A stretch of DNA of 64,000 nucleotides. It comes from Candidatus Allofournierella pullicola. Its GTDB lineage: Bacteria > Bacillota > Clostridia > Oscillospirales > Ruminococcaceae. The DNA is taken from positions 13,260 to 77,259 of the forward strand of contig DXFW01000013.1 of the NCBI GenBank assembly GCA_019114225.1, read 5' to 3'. This document shows, piece by piece, positions 15,535-25,306 of this stretch; position 1 is the stretch's first letter; each line of letters opens with the position of its first letter. The notes beneath the pieces were generated by a model. That model did no database searches and was not told the origin of the DNA. It worked only from the letters and a program-made list of their open reading frames with translations. The position numbers were made by a program, and so were the translations under genes.

Positions 15535-16641
15535 ATGAAGGAACGGCTCACAAAGGCGGGGCGCTGGCTCGGGCAAAACCGGACCCTGTGTGTGCTGATG
15601 GCGGCGGGATGTGCCGCCGAGGGGCTGTTTTTGCTGCTGCGGCAGGACCGGGCGGCGATGGATGGGGCGGCCCGGCTGGCACTGGCGGTCCGGGGCCTGA
15701 TAAGCGGCGCGGCGGACCTGCTGCCCTTCTCCCTGGCGGAGCTGCTGTGGACGGCGCTGGGGGTGTGGCTGCTGGGAATGGCCGTGGTCACGGTGCGCGC
15801 GCAGCTGCGCCATCGCCGGGTGCTGGCCCGGCGGCTGTTGGGGCTGGCGGCGCTGGCAGTGTGGATCTGGGCCGGGGTGAGCTGGCTGTGGGGCGTGCAC
15901 TACTATGCCTCCGGCTTCAGCGACAAAAGCGGCCTTGTGGCGGCCCCTGTGAGCACGGAGGAACTGGAGGCCACCACCCTGTGGTTCGCAGAGGGCGCCA
16001 ACCGCACCGGCCGCCTGATGGAGCGGGATGAGTCCGGCCGCCTTGCGGCGGACAGCGCGGTCATCATGGCGGCGGGGGAGAACAGCCTGGCTGCCCTCAC
16101 GGAGGAATATCCCTTTCTGGACGGGCCGTCCCGGCAGCCCAAGCCGGCGGTCTGGTCCTGGTTTATGAGCGCGGCGGGCTTCACCGGCTATCTCTTTCCC
16201 TTCACCGGCGAGAGCACCCTCAACGTGGACTGCCCAAATGTGTTTCTGCCGGTGACCATTGCCCATGAGCAGGCCCACCAGCGGGGCGTTGCCCCCGAGC
16301 AGGAGGCAAATTTCGTGGGAATAGCGGCCTGCCTTGCCAGCGACGACGCCCTTTGGCAGTATTCCGGCTGGCTGTTCGGTTTTCTGCACCTGTCCAACGC
16401 GCTCTATTCCGCCGACCCTGCCGCCTGGCTGGAAGCCTGGCAGCTGCTGGAAACAGGCCCGGAAGCCGACCTGCTGTGGAACGACGAATACTGGCTCTCC
16501 TTTGAAGGCCCGGTGGAGGAACTGGCCGGCGACACCTACACCGCATTTCTGGAAAGCTACGGCCAGGACTTGGGCATGGCCAGTTACGGCGCCTGCGTTG
16601 ACCTGCTGGTGGCCCGCTACTGCCCGCTGCAAACGGCGTGA
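15535..16641 (+). CDS. DUF3810-family membrane protein with an HExxH zinc-peptidase-like motif
   Basis: N-terminal TMs. TIAHEQAHQRGVAPEQEANFVGIAAC is the characteristic DUF3810 HExxH...E segment. GGGAGGGG SD. Confidence 0.8.
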   Translation: MKERLTKAGRWLGQNRTLCVLMAAGCAAEGLFLLLRQDRAAMDGAARLALAVRGLISGAADLLPFSLAELLWTALGVWLLGMAVVTVRAQLRHRRVLARRLLGLAALAVWIWAGVSWLWGVHYYASGFSDKSGLVAAPVSTEELEATTLWFAEGANRTGRLMERDESGRLAADSAVIMAAGENSLAALTEEYPFLDGPSRQPKPAVWSWFMSAAGFTGYLFPFTGESTLNVDCPNVFLPVTIAHEQAHQRGVAPEQEANFVGIAACLASDDALWQYSGWLFGFLHLSNALYSADPAAWLEAWQLLETGPEADLLWNDEYWLSFEGPVEELAGDTYTAFLESYGQDLGMASYGACVDLLVARYCPLQTA

Positions 16642-16793
16642 GAAGGCCGGTTTCTCAACAAAAATTGTGAAAAATGTGGAATTTTGTGCACCTTTGTCGG
16701 CAGATGTGCTATAATTAGGCCACATATGCGAAGATCTGCCTTTTCCCGCCAGTCCGGCGGCGAAAAAACAAACGCGGAGGAATCATTCAAAGC

Positions 16794-18869
16794 ATGAGCA
16801 GAAAAGATATTTCACGTTATTTCACCCGCAGCTTTTGGAGCCGCATGCCGCTTTACAAGGCGGTGCTGGCCCTCAGCTGCGCCATGATCCTGGTGGTGGG
16901 CACCGGCGCGGGCATTGCCCTCACGGCAGTGAACGCGGCGGCAAACAGCTCTTCCATCAGCAGCTCGGCGCCCGGCGCCACCGCCACGCCCGACCCCACC
17001 GCTTCGCCCACGCCGGAACCCACCGCCACGCCGGAGCCCATCCAGCTGGCGCTGGAGGTCACCGCGGTGCAGCAGACCCTGGGCGTCACCGTCACCGAAG
17101 CCGAGAGCGGCATGCCCGTTGTGGGCACCGAATTCGAGGTGGTGGTGGACTATAAGGCGGACAAGTCCGCTTCCAGCAAGAGCAGTTCGGGCAAGTCCTC
17201 CAGCTCCACCAAGACCCAGAAACCCACCGAGACCTACAAGATCGACCCCAAGACCGGCACCCTGCTGATCGAGGAGCTGCCTGTGGGCGAATACACCGTC
17301 AGCCTTTCCGAGATCGAGGGCTACATACTGCCGGAACCCGTCACCACCAAGGTGAAGGAGAAGGTGGAGTACAAGGTGGACACCGACGCGGTCAAGGACC
17401 AGATCAAGGATGAGAGCGAAGTGGGCGCCGGCGACATCGTCACCGACGACAACGTGCTGAACGACGAGACCAGCGACGGCTTCGATCCCACCGTGACCCT
17501 GCCCGCCAATGACTACGACTCCAACATCAGCAAGAAGGAAGAAGTCAAGGGCAGCGTCTACACCGTGGCCGGCAACACCCAGAGCGCCGACGGCAAAGCA
17601 TGGCTGCTCAACGCGGACGGCACCCGTTCCAACTACTACGTGAGCAAGACCGCGAAGGACGCCGCCGGCAACGACTACATCGTGGAGGCCACCTATGTGG
17701 CGCCCGTGTCCGCCAACAGCGTGTTCAGCGGTGTTTTGGGCGGTTTTGGCCGTCTGTTCTTCCCGGTGGCCTTTGCCGACGAGCCGGCCGGCTCCGAAAC
17801 CACCACCGGGTCTCCCGCACCCGAGCAAACCGAGACCCCTCCGCCCGAGGCGACTCCCACCGCGACCCCGGTGGAGACCGCCACCCCGGTGCCCACCGAG
17901 ACCCCGGTGGAGACCGCCACTCCGGTGCCCACCGCGACCCCGACGGTCACCCCGGCGCCCACCGCCACTCCGACGGTCACCCCTGCGCCCACCGCCACCC
18001 CGACCCCCACTGCCACCCCCGCGGCCACCGTGGTGCTGTTCAAGGATGGCAAGGCCGTGGCCAACAGCGCTTTCAAACTCAGCACCAGCGAAGTGACCCT
18101 GAAGGTGGTCTACAGCGGCTGGCAGCCCAGCTTTGAGAGCAAAGAGGCGTTCTACGACCCCAATACCCATGAGAAGCTGGTGAACACCGAGAAGGTCATC
18201 GCCGGCGTCAAGTATAAGTTCGACGGCAATGGCAAGCCCACCGTGGTCAACTTCAGCAACGGTCTGGTGAAGGGCATTGACGTGTCCAAGTACCAGTACA
18301 ACATTGACTGGAACGCGGTGAAGGCCAGCGGTATCGACTTTGCCATCATTCGCGTGGGCTACCGCGGCTACGGCACGGGCGCCCTGGTGGAGGACCCCTA
18401 CTTCCGCAAGAACATCAAGGGGGCCAACGCCGCCGGCGTGAAGGTGGGCCTGTACTTCTACAGCCAGGCTGTCAACGAGACCGAAGCGGTGGAGGAGGCC
18501 AGCATGGTCATCCGTCTCATCCAGGAGACCGGCGGCCGTGTGAGCTACCCCATCTACTTCGACACCGAGAAGGTGGCGGGCGACACCGGCCGTGCCGACG
18601 GCATCAGCCGTGACCAGCGCACCCGCAACGCCGTTGCCTTCTGCAACGCCATCCAGAACGCGGGCTACCGCGCCGGCGTCTACAGCTACGCCTCCTGGTT
18701 CTACAACAACCTGAACATGGCCAGCCTCACCGGCTACAGTATCTGGATCGCCCAGTACCGCGACAATCTGGACTTCAAGTACAACTACGACATCTGGCAG
18801 TACACCAGTTCCGGCACCGTGCCCGGCATTTCCACCCGCGTGGATATGAACGTGAGCAAGCTGGGCTGA
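16794..18869 (+). CDS. Membrane-anchored multidomain cell-wall hydrolase with a C-terminal GH25 muramidase (691 aa)
   Basis: N-terminal TM (LYKAVLALSCAMILVVGTGAGIALTAV), then Pro/Thr linkers. A Cna-B/SpaA-like segment follows (GTLLIEELPVGEYTVSLSEIEGYILPEP). The C-terminus is GIDVSKYQYNIDWNAVKASGIDFAIIRVGYRG...IWIAQY...WQYTSSGTVPGISTRVDMN, a GH25 signature. Confidence 0.85.
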   Translation: MSRKDISRYFTRSFWSRMPLYKAVLALSCAMILVVGTGAGIALTAVNAAANSSSISSSAPGATATPDPTASPTPEPTATPEPIQLALEVTAVQQTLGVTVTEAESGMPVVGTEFEVVVDYKADKSASSKSSSGKSSSSTKTQKPTETYKIDPKTGTLLIEELPVGEYTVSLSEIEGYILPEPVTTKVKEKVEYKVDTDAVKDQIKDESEVGAGDIVTDDNVLNDETSDGFDPTVTLPANDYDSNISKKEEVKGSVYTVAGNTQSADGKAWLLNADGTRSNYYVSKTAKDAAGNDYIVEATYVAPVSANSVFSGVLGGFGRLFFPVAFADEPAGSETTTGSPAPEQTETPPPEATPTATPVETATPVPTETPVETATPVPTATPTVTPAPTATPTVTPAPTATPTPTATPAATVVLFKDGKAVANSAFKLSTSEVTLKVVYSGWQPSFESKEAFYDPNTHEKLVNTEKVIAGVKYKFDGNGKPTVVNFSNGLVKGIDVSKYQYNIDWNAVKASGIDFAIIRVGYRGYGTGALVEDPYFRKNIKGANAAGVKVGLYFYSQAVNETEAVEEASMVIRLIQETGGRVSYPIYFDTEKVAGDTGRADGISRDQRTRNAVAFCNAIQNAGYRAGVYSYASWFYNNLNMASLTGYSIWIAQYRDNLDFKYNYDIWQYTSSGTVPGISTRVDMNVSKLG
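17865..18020 (+). repeat. In-frame tandem DNA repeats encoding the Pro/Thr linker
   Basis: 2 x 36 bp (17865-17900 and 17901-17936, 34/36 identical, TPVETATPVPTx). Then about 2.5 x 30 bp (17937-17966, 17967-17996, partial third copy; TPTVTPAPTA). Confidence 0.9.
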
Positions 18870-18883
18870 CAAAATCCAACAAA

Positions 18884-18919
18884 AGCCCCCGGGAACCAAC
18901 GGTTTCCGGGGGCTTTTCT
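18884..18919 (+). terminator. Intrinsic terminator after the GH25 gene
   Basis: AGCCCCCGGGAA...TTCCGGGGGCT hairpin followed by TTTTCTG. Confidence 0.75.
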
Positions 18920-18930
18920 GCGGTTTCGGC

Positions 18931-18959
18931 TTGCAAGCGGCGGGCGTACTCGCTATAAT
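18931..18959 (+). promoter_or_regulatory. Promoter of the NSS transporter gene (TTGCAA-17 nt-TATAAT)
   Basis: TTGCAA at 18931-18936 and TATAAT at 18954-18959. Confidence 0.6.
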
Positions 18960-19030
18960 AGAGAAGTACTGCGCTAAAGCGGCAAAATTGCGGACCGACG
19001 CGGTGCGTCAATTCACTGTGAGGTGTTATC

Positions 19031-20413
19031 ATGCAGCGTGAGAATTTCAAATCCCGGCTGGGCTTTTTGCTCATCAGCGCCGGGTGCGCCATCGGTATCG
19101 GCAACGTGTGGCGTTTCCCCTATGTGGTGGGGCAGAACGGCGGCGGCGCCTTTGTGCTTCTTTATGTGCTGTTTCTCGTGGCGGTGGGCGTGCCTGTGCT
19201 CACCATGGAGTTTGCCATCGGCCGCGCCAGCCGCAAAAGCTGCGTGCTGGCCTACCAGCAGCTGGAACCCGCCGGAACCAAGTGGCACTGGCACGGCAAG
19301 GTGGCCATGCTGGGCAACTATGTGCTGATGAGCTTCTACACCAGCGTCACCGGCTGGATGCTCTATTACTTCTACCGCTCCCTCACCGGCCAGCTGGAAG
19401 GCATGGACACCGATCAGGTGGCCCAGGCGTTCTCCGGCATGCTGAGCCAGCCGGTCACCATGGGCTTCTGGATGGTGGTCGTGGTGGTGCTGGGCTTTTT
19501 GATCTGCTCCATGGGCCTGCAGAAGGGCGTGGAGCGTATCACCAAATGGATGATGTTGGCTCTGCTGGCACTGATCGTGGTGCTGGCGGTGAACAGCGTG
19601 CTGCTGCCCGGCGGTATGGAAGGCGTCAAGTTCTATCTGGTGCCTGACTTTTCGGTGATGGCCGGTGAGACGGCGCTGGAGACGGTGCAGAACACCCTGG
19701 GCGTGGTGACCGCCGCGCTGAACCAGAGCTTCTTCACCCTGAGCCTGGGCATTGGCGCCATGCTGATCTTCGGCAGCTATCTGGGCCGCCAGCGCAGCCT
19801 GCTGGGCGAGAGCGTGCGCATTGCCGGGCTGGACACCTTTGTGGCCTTCACCTCCGGCCTCATCATCTTCCCGGCCTGCATGGCCTACAACGTCCCCGCC
19901 GACAGCGGCCCCAACCTCATCTTCATCACTCTGCCCAACGTGTTCAACGACATGCCCGCCGGCCGGGTGTGGGGCAGCTTGTTCTTCCTGTTTATGAGCT
20001 TTGCGGCCTTCTCCACCATCATTGCGGTGTTTGAGAACATCCTGGCCTGCACCATGGACCTCACCGGCTGGAGCCGCAAGAAGGCGGCGCTGGTGAACGG
20101 CGTGGTGGTGACCCTCATCTCGCTGCCCTGTGTGCTGGGCTTCAATGTCTGGTCCGCCTTTGATCCCCGTGGCAACGGGTCCGGCTTTATGGACGTGGAG
20201 GACTACCTCATCAGCAACATCCTGCTGCCCTTCGGCAGCCTGGTCTACCTGTTCTTCTGTATCAGCCGCGTGGGCTGGGGCTTCAAGAAGTATCAGAACG
20301 AGGTCAACCAGGGCGAGGGCCTCAAGGTGCCCGACTGGATCCGGGTGTATGTCACCTACATCCTGCCCATCTTCGTGGCGTTCCTGTTCATCCAGAGCGT
20401 TCTGGCCTGGTAA
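19031..20413 (+). CDS. Sodium-dependent transporter, neurotransmitter:sodium symporter (NSS/SNF) family
   Basis: SRLGFLLISAGCAIGIGNVWRFPYVVGQNGGGAFVLLYVLFL is the canonical NSS N-terminal motif. Confidence 0.9.
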   Translation: MQRENFKSRLGFLLISAGCAIGIGNVWRFPYVVGQNGGGAFVLLYVLFLVAVGVPVLTMEFAIGRASRKSCVLAYQQLEPAGTKWHWHGKVAMLGNYVLMSFYTSVTGWMLYYFYRSLTGQLEGMDTDQVAQAFSGMLSQPVTMGFWMVVVVVLGFLICSMGLQKGVERITKWMMLALLALIVVLAVNSVLLPGGMEGVKFYLVPDFSVMAGETALETVQNTLGVVTAALNQSFFTLSLGIGAMLIFGSYLGRQRSLLGESVRIAGLDTFVAFTSGLIIFPACMAYNVPADSGPNLIFITLPNVFNDMPAGRVWGSLFFLFMSFAAFSTIIAVFENILACTMDLTGWSRKKAALVNGVVVTLISLPCVLGFNVWSAFDPRGNGSGFMDVEDYLISNILLPFGSLVYLFFCISRVGWGFKKYQNEVNQGEGLKVPDWIRVYVTYILPIFVAFLFIQSVLAW

Positions 20414-20435
20414 ACGCCGTGATCAACCGAAAACA

Positions 20436-20461
20436 AAGGGGGCGCGCATGCGCCCCTTTTG
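20436..20461 (+). terminator. Intrinsic terminator after the NSS gene
   Basis: AAGGGGGCGCGCATGCGCCCCTTTT hairpin plus T-run. Confidence 0.7.
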
Positions 20462-20500
20462 TCTGCCGGGAACAACGCCTGCCGGAAAGGGAACTCCGTT

Positions 20501-21664
20501 ATGTACACTTTGCTTCTTGCCGTCATTTACCTCGTGTTCATCAGCCTGGGCCTGCCGGACTCCCTGCTGGGGTCGGGCTGGCCCACCATGCGCCTGGTCT
20601 TTGACCAGCCCCTCTCCGCGGCGGGGGCGGTGTCCATGATCATCACCGGCGGCACCATCTGTTCCAGCCTTTTGTCCGAGCGGCTCACCGCCAGATTTTC
20701 CACCCGGGGCGTCACGGTGGCCAGCGTGTTTCTCAGCGCCGCGGCCCTGTTTGGGTTTTCCGTCTCCACCCGGTTCTGGATGCTCTGCCTTTGGGCGGTG
20801 CCCTACGGCCTTGCCGCCGGCTGTATCGACTCGGCCATCAACAACTATGTGGCCCTGCACTACCGCTCCCGGCACATGAGCTGGCTGCACTGCTTCTGGG
20901 GCGTGGGCACCGTCATCAGCCCCTGCGTGATGAGCTGGGCGCTCACCCGTTCCGGCTGGCAGCTGGGCTACCGCACGGTGGCGCTGCTGCAGCTGGCCAT
21001 CGGTGCGGTGCTGGTGCTGACCCTGCCGGTGTGGAACGTTCACCGGGGCGGTGAGAATTCCGCCCGCGCCGGGCGGGTGCTGGGGATACGGGGCGCGCTG
21101 AAGATCAAAGGCGCCCCCACGCTGTTTGTGGGCTTTTTCGCCTACTGCGGGGCGGAGGGCACCTCCATCCTCTGGGCCAGCAGCTATCTGGCAGGCGCGC
21201 GGGGCTTTTCCGCCGAGCGGGCGGCGGCCAGCGCGGCGGTGCTCTATGTGGGGATCACCGTGGGGCGCTTTGTCTCCGGCTTCATTGCCGACAGGGTGGG
21301 AGACCGGGGCATGATCCGCCTGGGCACAGGGCTCATCTTTGCGGCGCTGGCGGTGCTGGCCCTGCCCGGCGGGGGAGAGACGGGGGCGCTTTTGGGCCTC
21401 GGGCTTCTGGGCCTGGGCAACGCGCCGGTGTATCCGGCCATCATCCATGCCACCCCGCAAAACTTCGGGGCGGAGAACTCCCAGGGGATCATCGGCATGC
21501 AGATGGCCAGCGCCTATGTGGGCTCTACCCTGATGCCGCCCCTCTTCGGTCTCATTGCGAACCGGGCGGGCCTTGGCTGGATGCCGCTTTTCCTGGCGCT
21601 GCTCGTGCTGCTGATGATCGGCATGCTGGAGACCACCTTCCGCACTGTGGCAAAAAACAAATGA
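20501..21664 (+). CDS. MFS transporter
   Basis: 12-TM profile. MYTLLLAVIYLVFISLGLPDSLLGSGWP start and an MFS loop motif SERLTARFSTRG. ATG 20501 is preferred over the track start 20459. Confidence 0.8.
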   Translation: MYTLLLAVIYLVFISLGLPDSLLGSGWPTMRLVFDQPLSAAGAVSMIITGGTICSSLLSERLTARFSTRGVTVASVFLSAAALFGFSVSTRFWMLCLWAVPYGLAAGCIDSAINNYVALHYRSRHMSWLHCFWGVGTVISPCVMSWALTRSGWQLGYRTVALLQLAIGAVLVLTLPVWNVHRGGENSARAGRVLGIRGALKIKGAPTLFVGFFAYCGAEGTSILWASSYLAGARGFSAERAAASAAVLYVGITVGRFVSGFIADRVGDRGMIRLGTGLIFAALAVLALPGGGETGALLGLGLLGLGNAPVYPAIIHATPQNFGAENSQGIIGMQMASAYVGSTLMPPLFGLIANRAGLGWMPLFLALLVLLMIGMLETTFRTVAKNK

Positions 21665-21708
21665 AAAAAACCGGCGGGGGACGTGAGAGCGTCCCCCGCC
21701 GGTTTTTT
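21664..21708. terminator. Bidirectional intrinsic terminator (MFS and MBL genes converge)
   Basis: AAAAAAA-CCGGCGGGGGACG-tgaga-GCGTCCCCCGCCGG-TTTTTTG. Confidence 0.85.
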
Positions 21709-21709
21709 G

Positions 21710-22510
21710 TCACAGTTCAAAGGTCTCCAGGTCCTCCGGCACAAACAGATTGCCCGAAAAGAGGGGCGCGCCCTCGGCGGTGTAGAGAGCCTTGCGCCGG
21801 GCAAGGTTCTTGTCCTCGGTGTGGTAGAGGATGAGGTTCTCCGCCCCCAGTTCCTGGGCCAGCCGGCAGGCGTCCGCCACGGTGGAGTGGTGCTTTTGAT
21901 AGGGCTTGAACACATCCGCCTCGCTTGCAAGGCAGAAGGCCTCGTGGAGCAGCCAGCGGCTGCCCCCGGCAAAGGGGCGCTCCGCCTCGTTGAACGGTTC
22001 GTCGCCGCAGCAGGTCAGCTTTCCGCCGCCGGGCAACGTGATGGAAAACCCGAACTGGGCCGCCTTGGTGGAGCCGATGTCGAAGAAGGTGACCGTCTGT
22101 CCCAGAAGAGGCAGGCTCTCGCCGCTTTCCACCGTTACCAGCCGCAGCCGGCTGCCCAGAAAACGGATCTCTTTTTCGCTCAGCAGCAGCCCCGTCAGCG
22201 TGCGCAGAAGGTCCGTGACTTCCCGGTGGGAATAGATGACCGCTTCTCCCTCGTACTGGCCCCGGGCCATGCCCTGCAAAATCATCCGGATCAGCCACAA
22301 AATGCCGGTGATGTGGTCCAGGTGCTTGTGGGTCACGAAGATGGAGCGGATGTCCTGCCAGCGCACCCCAGCGGCCTTCAGCTGGCGGAAAATGCCGTTG
22401 CTGCCGCCCGCGTCCACCAGAAGGTGATCCGAGCCCTCGGTGAGCAGAAAGCAGGTGTTGTAGCACTCGGTCACGGCGGCGTTGCCGGTGCCGAGAATGG
22501 CCAGTTTCAT
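21710..22510 (-). CDS. MBL-fold metallo-hydrolase (RNase Z / beta-lactamase superfamily)
   Basis: FLLTEGSDHLLVDAGG and the THKHLDHITG (HxHxDH) motif. Confidence 0.8.
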   Translation of the reverse strand: MKLAILGTGNAAVTECYNTCFLLTEGSDHLLVDAGGSNGIFRQLKAAGVRWQDIRSIFVTHKHLDHITGILWLIRMILQGMARGQYEGEAVIYSHREVTDLLRTLTGLLLSEKEIRFLGSRLRLVTVESGESLPLLGQTVTFFDIGSTKAAQFGFSITLPGGGKLTCCGDEPFNEAERPFAGGSRWLLHEAFCLASEADVFKPYQKHHSTVADACRLAQELGAENLILYHTEDKNLARRKALYTAEGAPLFSGNLFVPEDLETFEL

Positions 22511-22632
22511 GGGTCAGCCCTCCTTTGTTTCAGTATACCCCCTTGAGCCTGTTTGCCGCAAGGGGGCTAAAACCGCGCCCCGCACCATATACATACAAGG
22601 GACAAGGCATTCAAAGGAGGAAGGCGGAAGCC

Positions 22633-25260
22633 ATGGAATACTATCAGCAGACGGTGGAGCAGGCGTTCGCCGCCCAGGCCAGCGGGCCGGAGGGCCTCAA
22701 AGCGGGGCAGGCGGCGGCGCGGCTGGCAAAAACAGGCCCGAACGAACTGCGCCGGGCAAAAAAGGAGAGCGTGTTCCAGCGCTTTTTGCAGCAGATGGCG
22801 GACCCGATGATCCTGGTGCTGCTGGCCGCGGCGGCCCTTTCCGCCCTCACCGCCGCCTGCGCGGGGGAGAGCTTCGCCGACGTGTTCATCATTCTGGCGG
22901 TGGTGCTCATCAACGCGCTGCTGGGGGTCTATCAGGAGAGCAAGGCGGAAAAGGCCATCGAGGCGCTGCAAAAGATGACCGCCGCCCACAGCCGGGCGGT
23001 GCGGGGCGGCCGCCCGGTGACGGTGGCCAGCCGGGACCTGGTGCCCGGGGACGTGGTGCTGCTGGAGGCGGGCTGCGCCGTGCCCGCCGACGGACGGCTG
23101 GTGGAGGCCGCGGCGCTGAAGATCGAGGAGGCGGCCCTCACCGGCGAGAGCCTGCCGGTGGAAAAAACTGCCGCCGCCCTGCCTGCCGGGCGCACCGTGC
23201 CCCTGGGAGACCGGCACTGCATGGCCTACATGGGCAGCACCGTGAGCGCGGGCCGGGGCAGATTGCTCATCACCGCCACCGGCATGGACACCGAGATGGG
23301 CCGCATTGCCGGAGTGCTGGCGGCCACCTCCCAGGGCAAAACGCCTCTGCAGCAAAAGCTGGCGGCTCTCAGCCGCTCCTTGAGCGCGCTGGTGCTGGCC
23401 ATCTGTGTGTTCATCTTCGGCTTCGGCCTGTGGCGGGCGGGCAGCACCGACCTTGCCACCGTGCTCTCCAGCTTCATGGTGGCGGTGAGCCTGGCGGTGG
23501 CGGCAGTGCCCGAGGGGCTGGCGGCGGTGGTGACCATCGTGCTGAGCATGGGCGTCACCCGCATGAGCCGCCAGGGTGCGGTCATACGCCGCCTCACCGC
23601 CGTGGAGACCCTGGGCTGCGCCCAGGTCATCTGCTCCGACAAGACCGGCACCCTCACCCAGAACCGCATGGAGGTGCAATCCTGCTTTGGCCCAGCCAAG
23701 GAACTGGCAAAGGCCCTGGCCCTGTGCAGCGACGCGGAGCCCGGAACGGGGGGAAGAGCGGAGGGCGAGCCCACCGAGTGCGCTCTGGTGGAGCACGCGG
23801 CAAAGCTGGGCCTTGCGAAGAAGGCCCTCTGCGCCGCCGAACCCCGGGTGGCGGAACTGCCCTTTGATTCCGCCCGCAAACGGATGAGCACCTTCCATAC
23901 CCGGCGGGGCAGGCCCGGGGTGACCCAGTACGTCAAGGGCGCGCCGGACGTTCTGCTGGAAAAGTGCACCCACTGGCTGAAGGACGGCGCGGCGGTGCCC
24001 CTCACCGCCGCCGACCGGGCGGCCATCCTGGCCCAAAACCGGGCCATGGCCCGCAGCGCCCTGCGGGTGCTGGCGGCGGCAAAGCGGGAGTGGCCCGCCC
24101 TGCCCGCGCGCCTTGCCCCCGAAACGGCCGAGCGGGACCTTGTCTTTATCGGCCTGGCGGGCATGATGGACCCGGTGCGCCCCGAAGCCGCGGCGGCCAT
24201 CGCCCGCTGCCGTGCCGCGGGGATCCGCCCGGTGATGATCACCGGCGACCACAAGGACACCGCCGCCGCCATCGGGCGTCAGCTGGGCATTCTGCAAAGT
24301 GAGAGCCAGGCGGTCACCGGCGCGGAGCTGGACCGGCTGAGTGACGGGGAACTTGCCCGCCGCGCGCCCTCCTTCAGCGTCTACGCACGGGTGCAGCCCC
24401 AGCACAAGGTGCGTATCGTGCAGGCGTGGAAGCGGCTGGGCTGCGTCACCGCCATGACCGGCGACGGGGTGAACGACGCCCCCGCCCTCAAAGCGGCGGA
24501 CATCGGCGTGGGCATGGGCGTCACCGGCACCGACGTGACCAAGAACGTGGCGGACATGGTGCTCACCGACGACAACTTCGCCACCATCGTCACCGCCGTG
24601 GCCGAGGGCCGCCGTATCTACGACAACATCCGCAAGGCGGTGCAGTTCCTGCTGGCCAGCAACACCAGCGAGGTGCTGAGTATCTTTTCAGCCACGCTGC
24701 TGGGGGTGCAGCTGCTGGGCCCGGTGCACCTGCTCTGGATCAACCTCATCACCGACTGTTTCCCAGCCCTGGCGCTGGGCATGGAGAAGGCGGAGCCCGA
24801 TGTGATGGAACGTCCGCCCCGCCGCCCCGGCGAGAGCATTTTTGCCGGCGGCCTGGGGCTGGACGTGGCCTGGCAGGGCCTGCTGGTCACCGGCCTGACG
24901 CTGGCGGCCTACTTCACCGGCGTGCGGCTGGAAACGGGGCTTTGGCAGGTGGCTCAGAGCGGCACGGGGGTGAGCATGGCCTTTCTGACCATGAGCATGG
25001 CGGAGATCTTCCACAGCTTCAACATGCGCAGCCAGCGGGGCAGCGTGTTCAGCCTGCCCGCCCGCAACCCCTGGCTCTGGGCGGCCATGGCGGGCAGCCT
25101 GGCTTTGAGCCTGGGGGTGCTGGCCTGGCCCCCCGCGGCGGCGGCCTTCGGCTTCGAGCAGCTTGCCCCCGCCCAGTGCGGCCTGGCGCTGGCGTTGGCG
25201 CTGGCGGTGCTGCCCGCGGTGGAGCTGGGCAAAGGTTTGCTGCGCCTGGTCTCAAGATAA
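22633..25260 (+). CDS. Cation-transporting P-type ATPase, Ca2+ (P2A/PacL)-like
   Basis: TGESLPVEK, phosphorylation site CSDKTGTLTQN, hinge MTGDGVNDAPALKAADIG, PEGL in TM4. AAAGGAGGAAGG SD precedes ATG 22633 (the track ORF starts at 22525). Confidence 0.9.
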   Translation: MEYYQQTVEQAFAAQASGPEGLKAGQAAARLAKTGPNELRRAKKESVFQRFLQQMADPMILVLLAAAALSALTAACAGESFADVFIILAVVLINALLGVYQESKAEKAIEALQKMTAAHSRAVRGGRPVTVASRDLVPGDVVLLEAGCAVPADGRLVEAAALKIEEAALTGESLPVEKTAAALPAGRTVPLGDRHCMAYMGSTVSAGRGRLLITATGMDTEMGRIAGVLAATSQGKTPLQQKLAALSRSLSALVLAICVFIFGFGLWRAGSTDLATVLSSFMVAVSLAVAAVPEGLAAVVTIVLSMGVTRMSRQGAVIRRLTAVETLGCAQVICSDKTGTLTQNRMEVQSCFGPAKELAKALALCSDAEPGTGGRAEGEPTECALVEHAAKLGLAKKALCAAEPRVAELPFDSARKRMSTFHTRRGRPGVTQYVKGAPDVLLEKCTHWLKDGAAVPLTAADRAAILAQNRAMARSALRVLAAAKREWPALPARLAPETAERDLVFIGLAGMMDPVRPEAAAAIARCRAAGIRPVMITGDHKDTAAAIGRQLGILQSESQAVTGAELDRLSDGELARRAPSFSVYARVQPQHKVRIVQAWKRLGCVTAMTGDGVNDAPALKAADIGVGMGVTGTDVTKNVADMVLTDDNFATIVTAVAEGRRIYDNIRKAVQFLLASNTSEVLSIFSATLLGVQLLGPVHLLWINLITDCFPALALGMEKAEPDVMERPPRRPGESIFAGGLGLDVAWQGLLVTGLTLAAYFTGVRLETGLWQVAQSGTGVSMAFLTMSMAEIFHSFNMRSQRGSVFSLPARNPWLWAAMAGSLALSLGVLAWPPAAAAFGFEQLAPAQCGLALALALAVLPAVELGKGLLRLVSR

Positions 25261-25261
25261 C

Positions 25262-25296
25262 AAAAACGCCCGCGCCTTCAAAAGAGGCGCGGGCCG
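25262..25296 (-). terminator. Intrinsic terminator after the DUF3842 gene (minus strand)
   Basis: CGCCCGCGCC-ttcaaaaga-GGCGCGGGCG hairpin. The T-run is present only in the minus-strand reading (CGTTTTTG). Confidence 0.65.
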
Positions 25297-25306
25297 TGTG
25301 TCCTGC

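Noticed and set aside
17800-18020. Repetitive DNA that might be mistaken for a CRISPR array or minisatellite.
   Set aside because: The repeats are contiguous with no spacers, in frame, and encode a Pro/Thr linker inside a continuous GH25 ORF.
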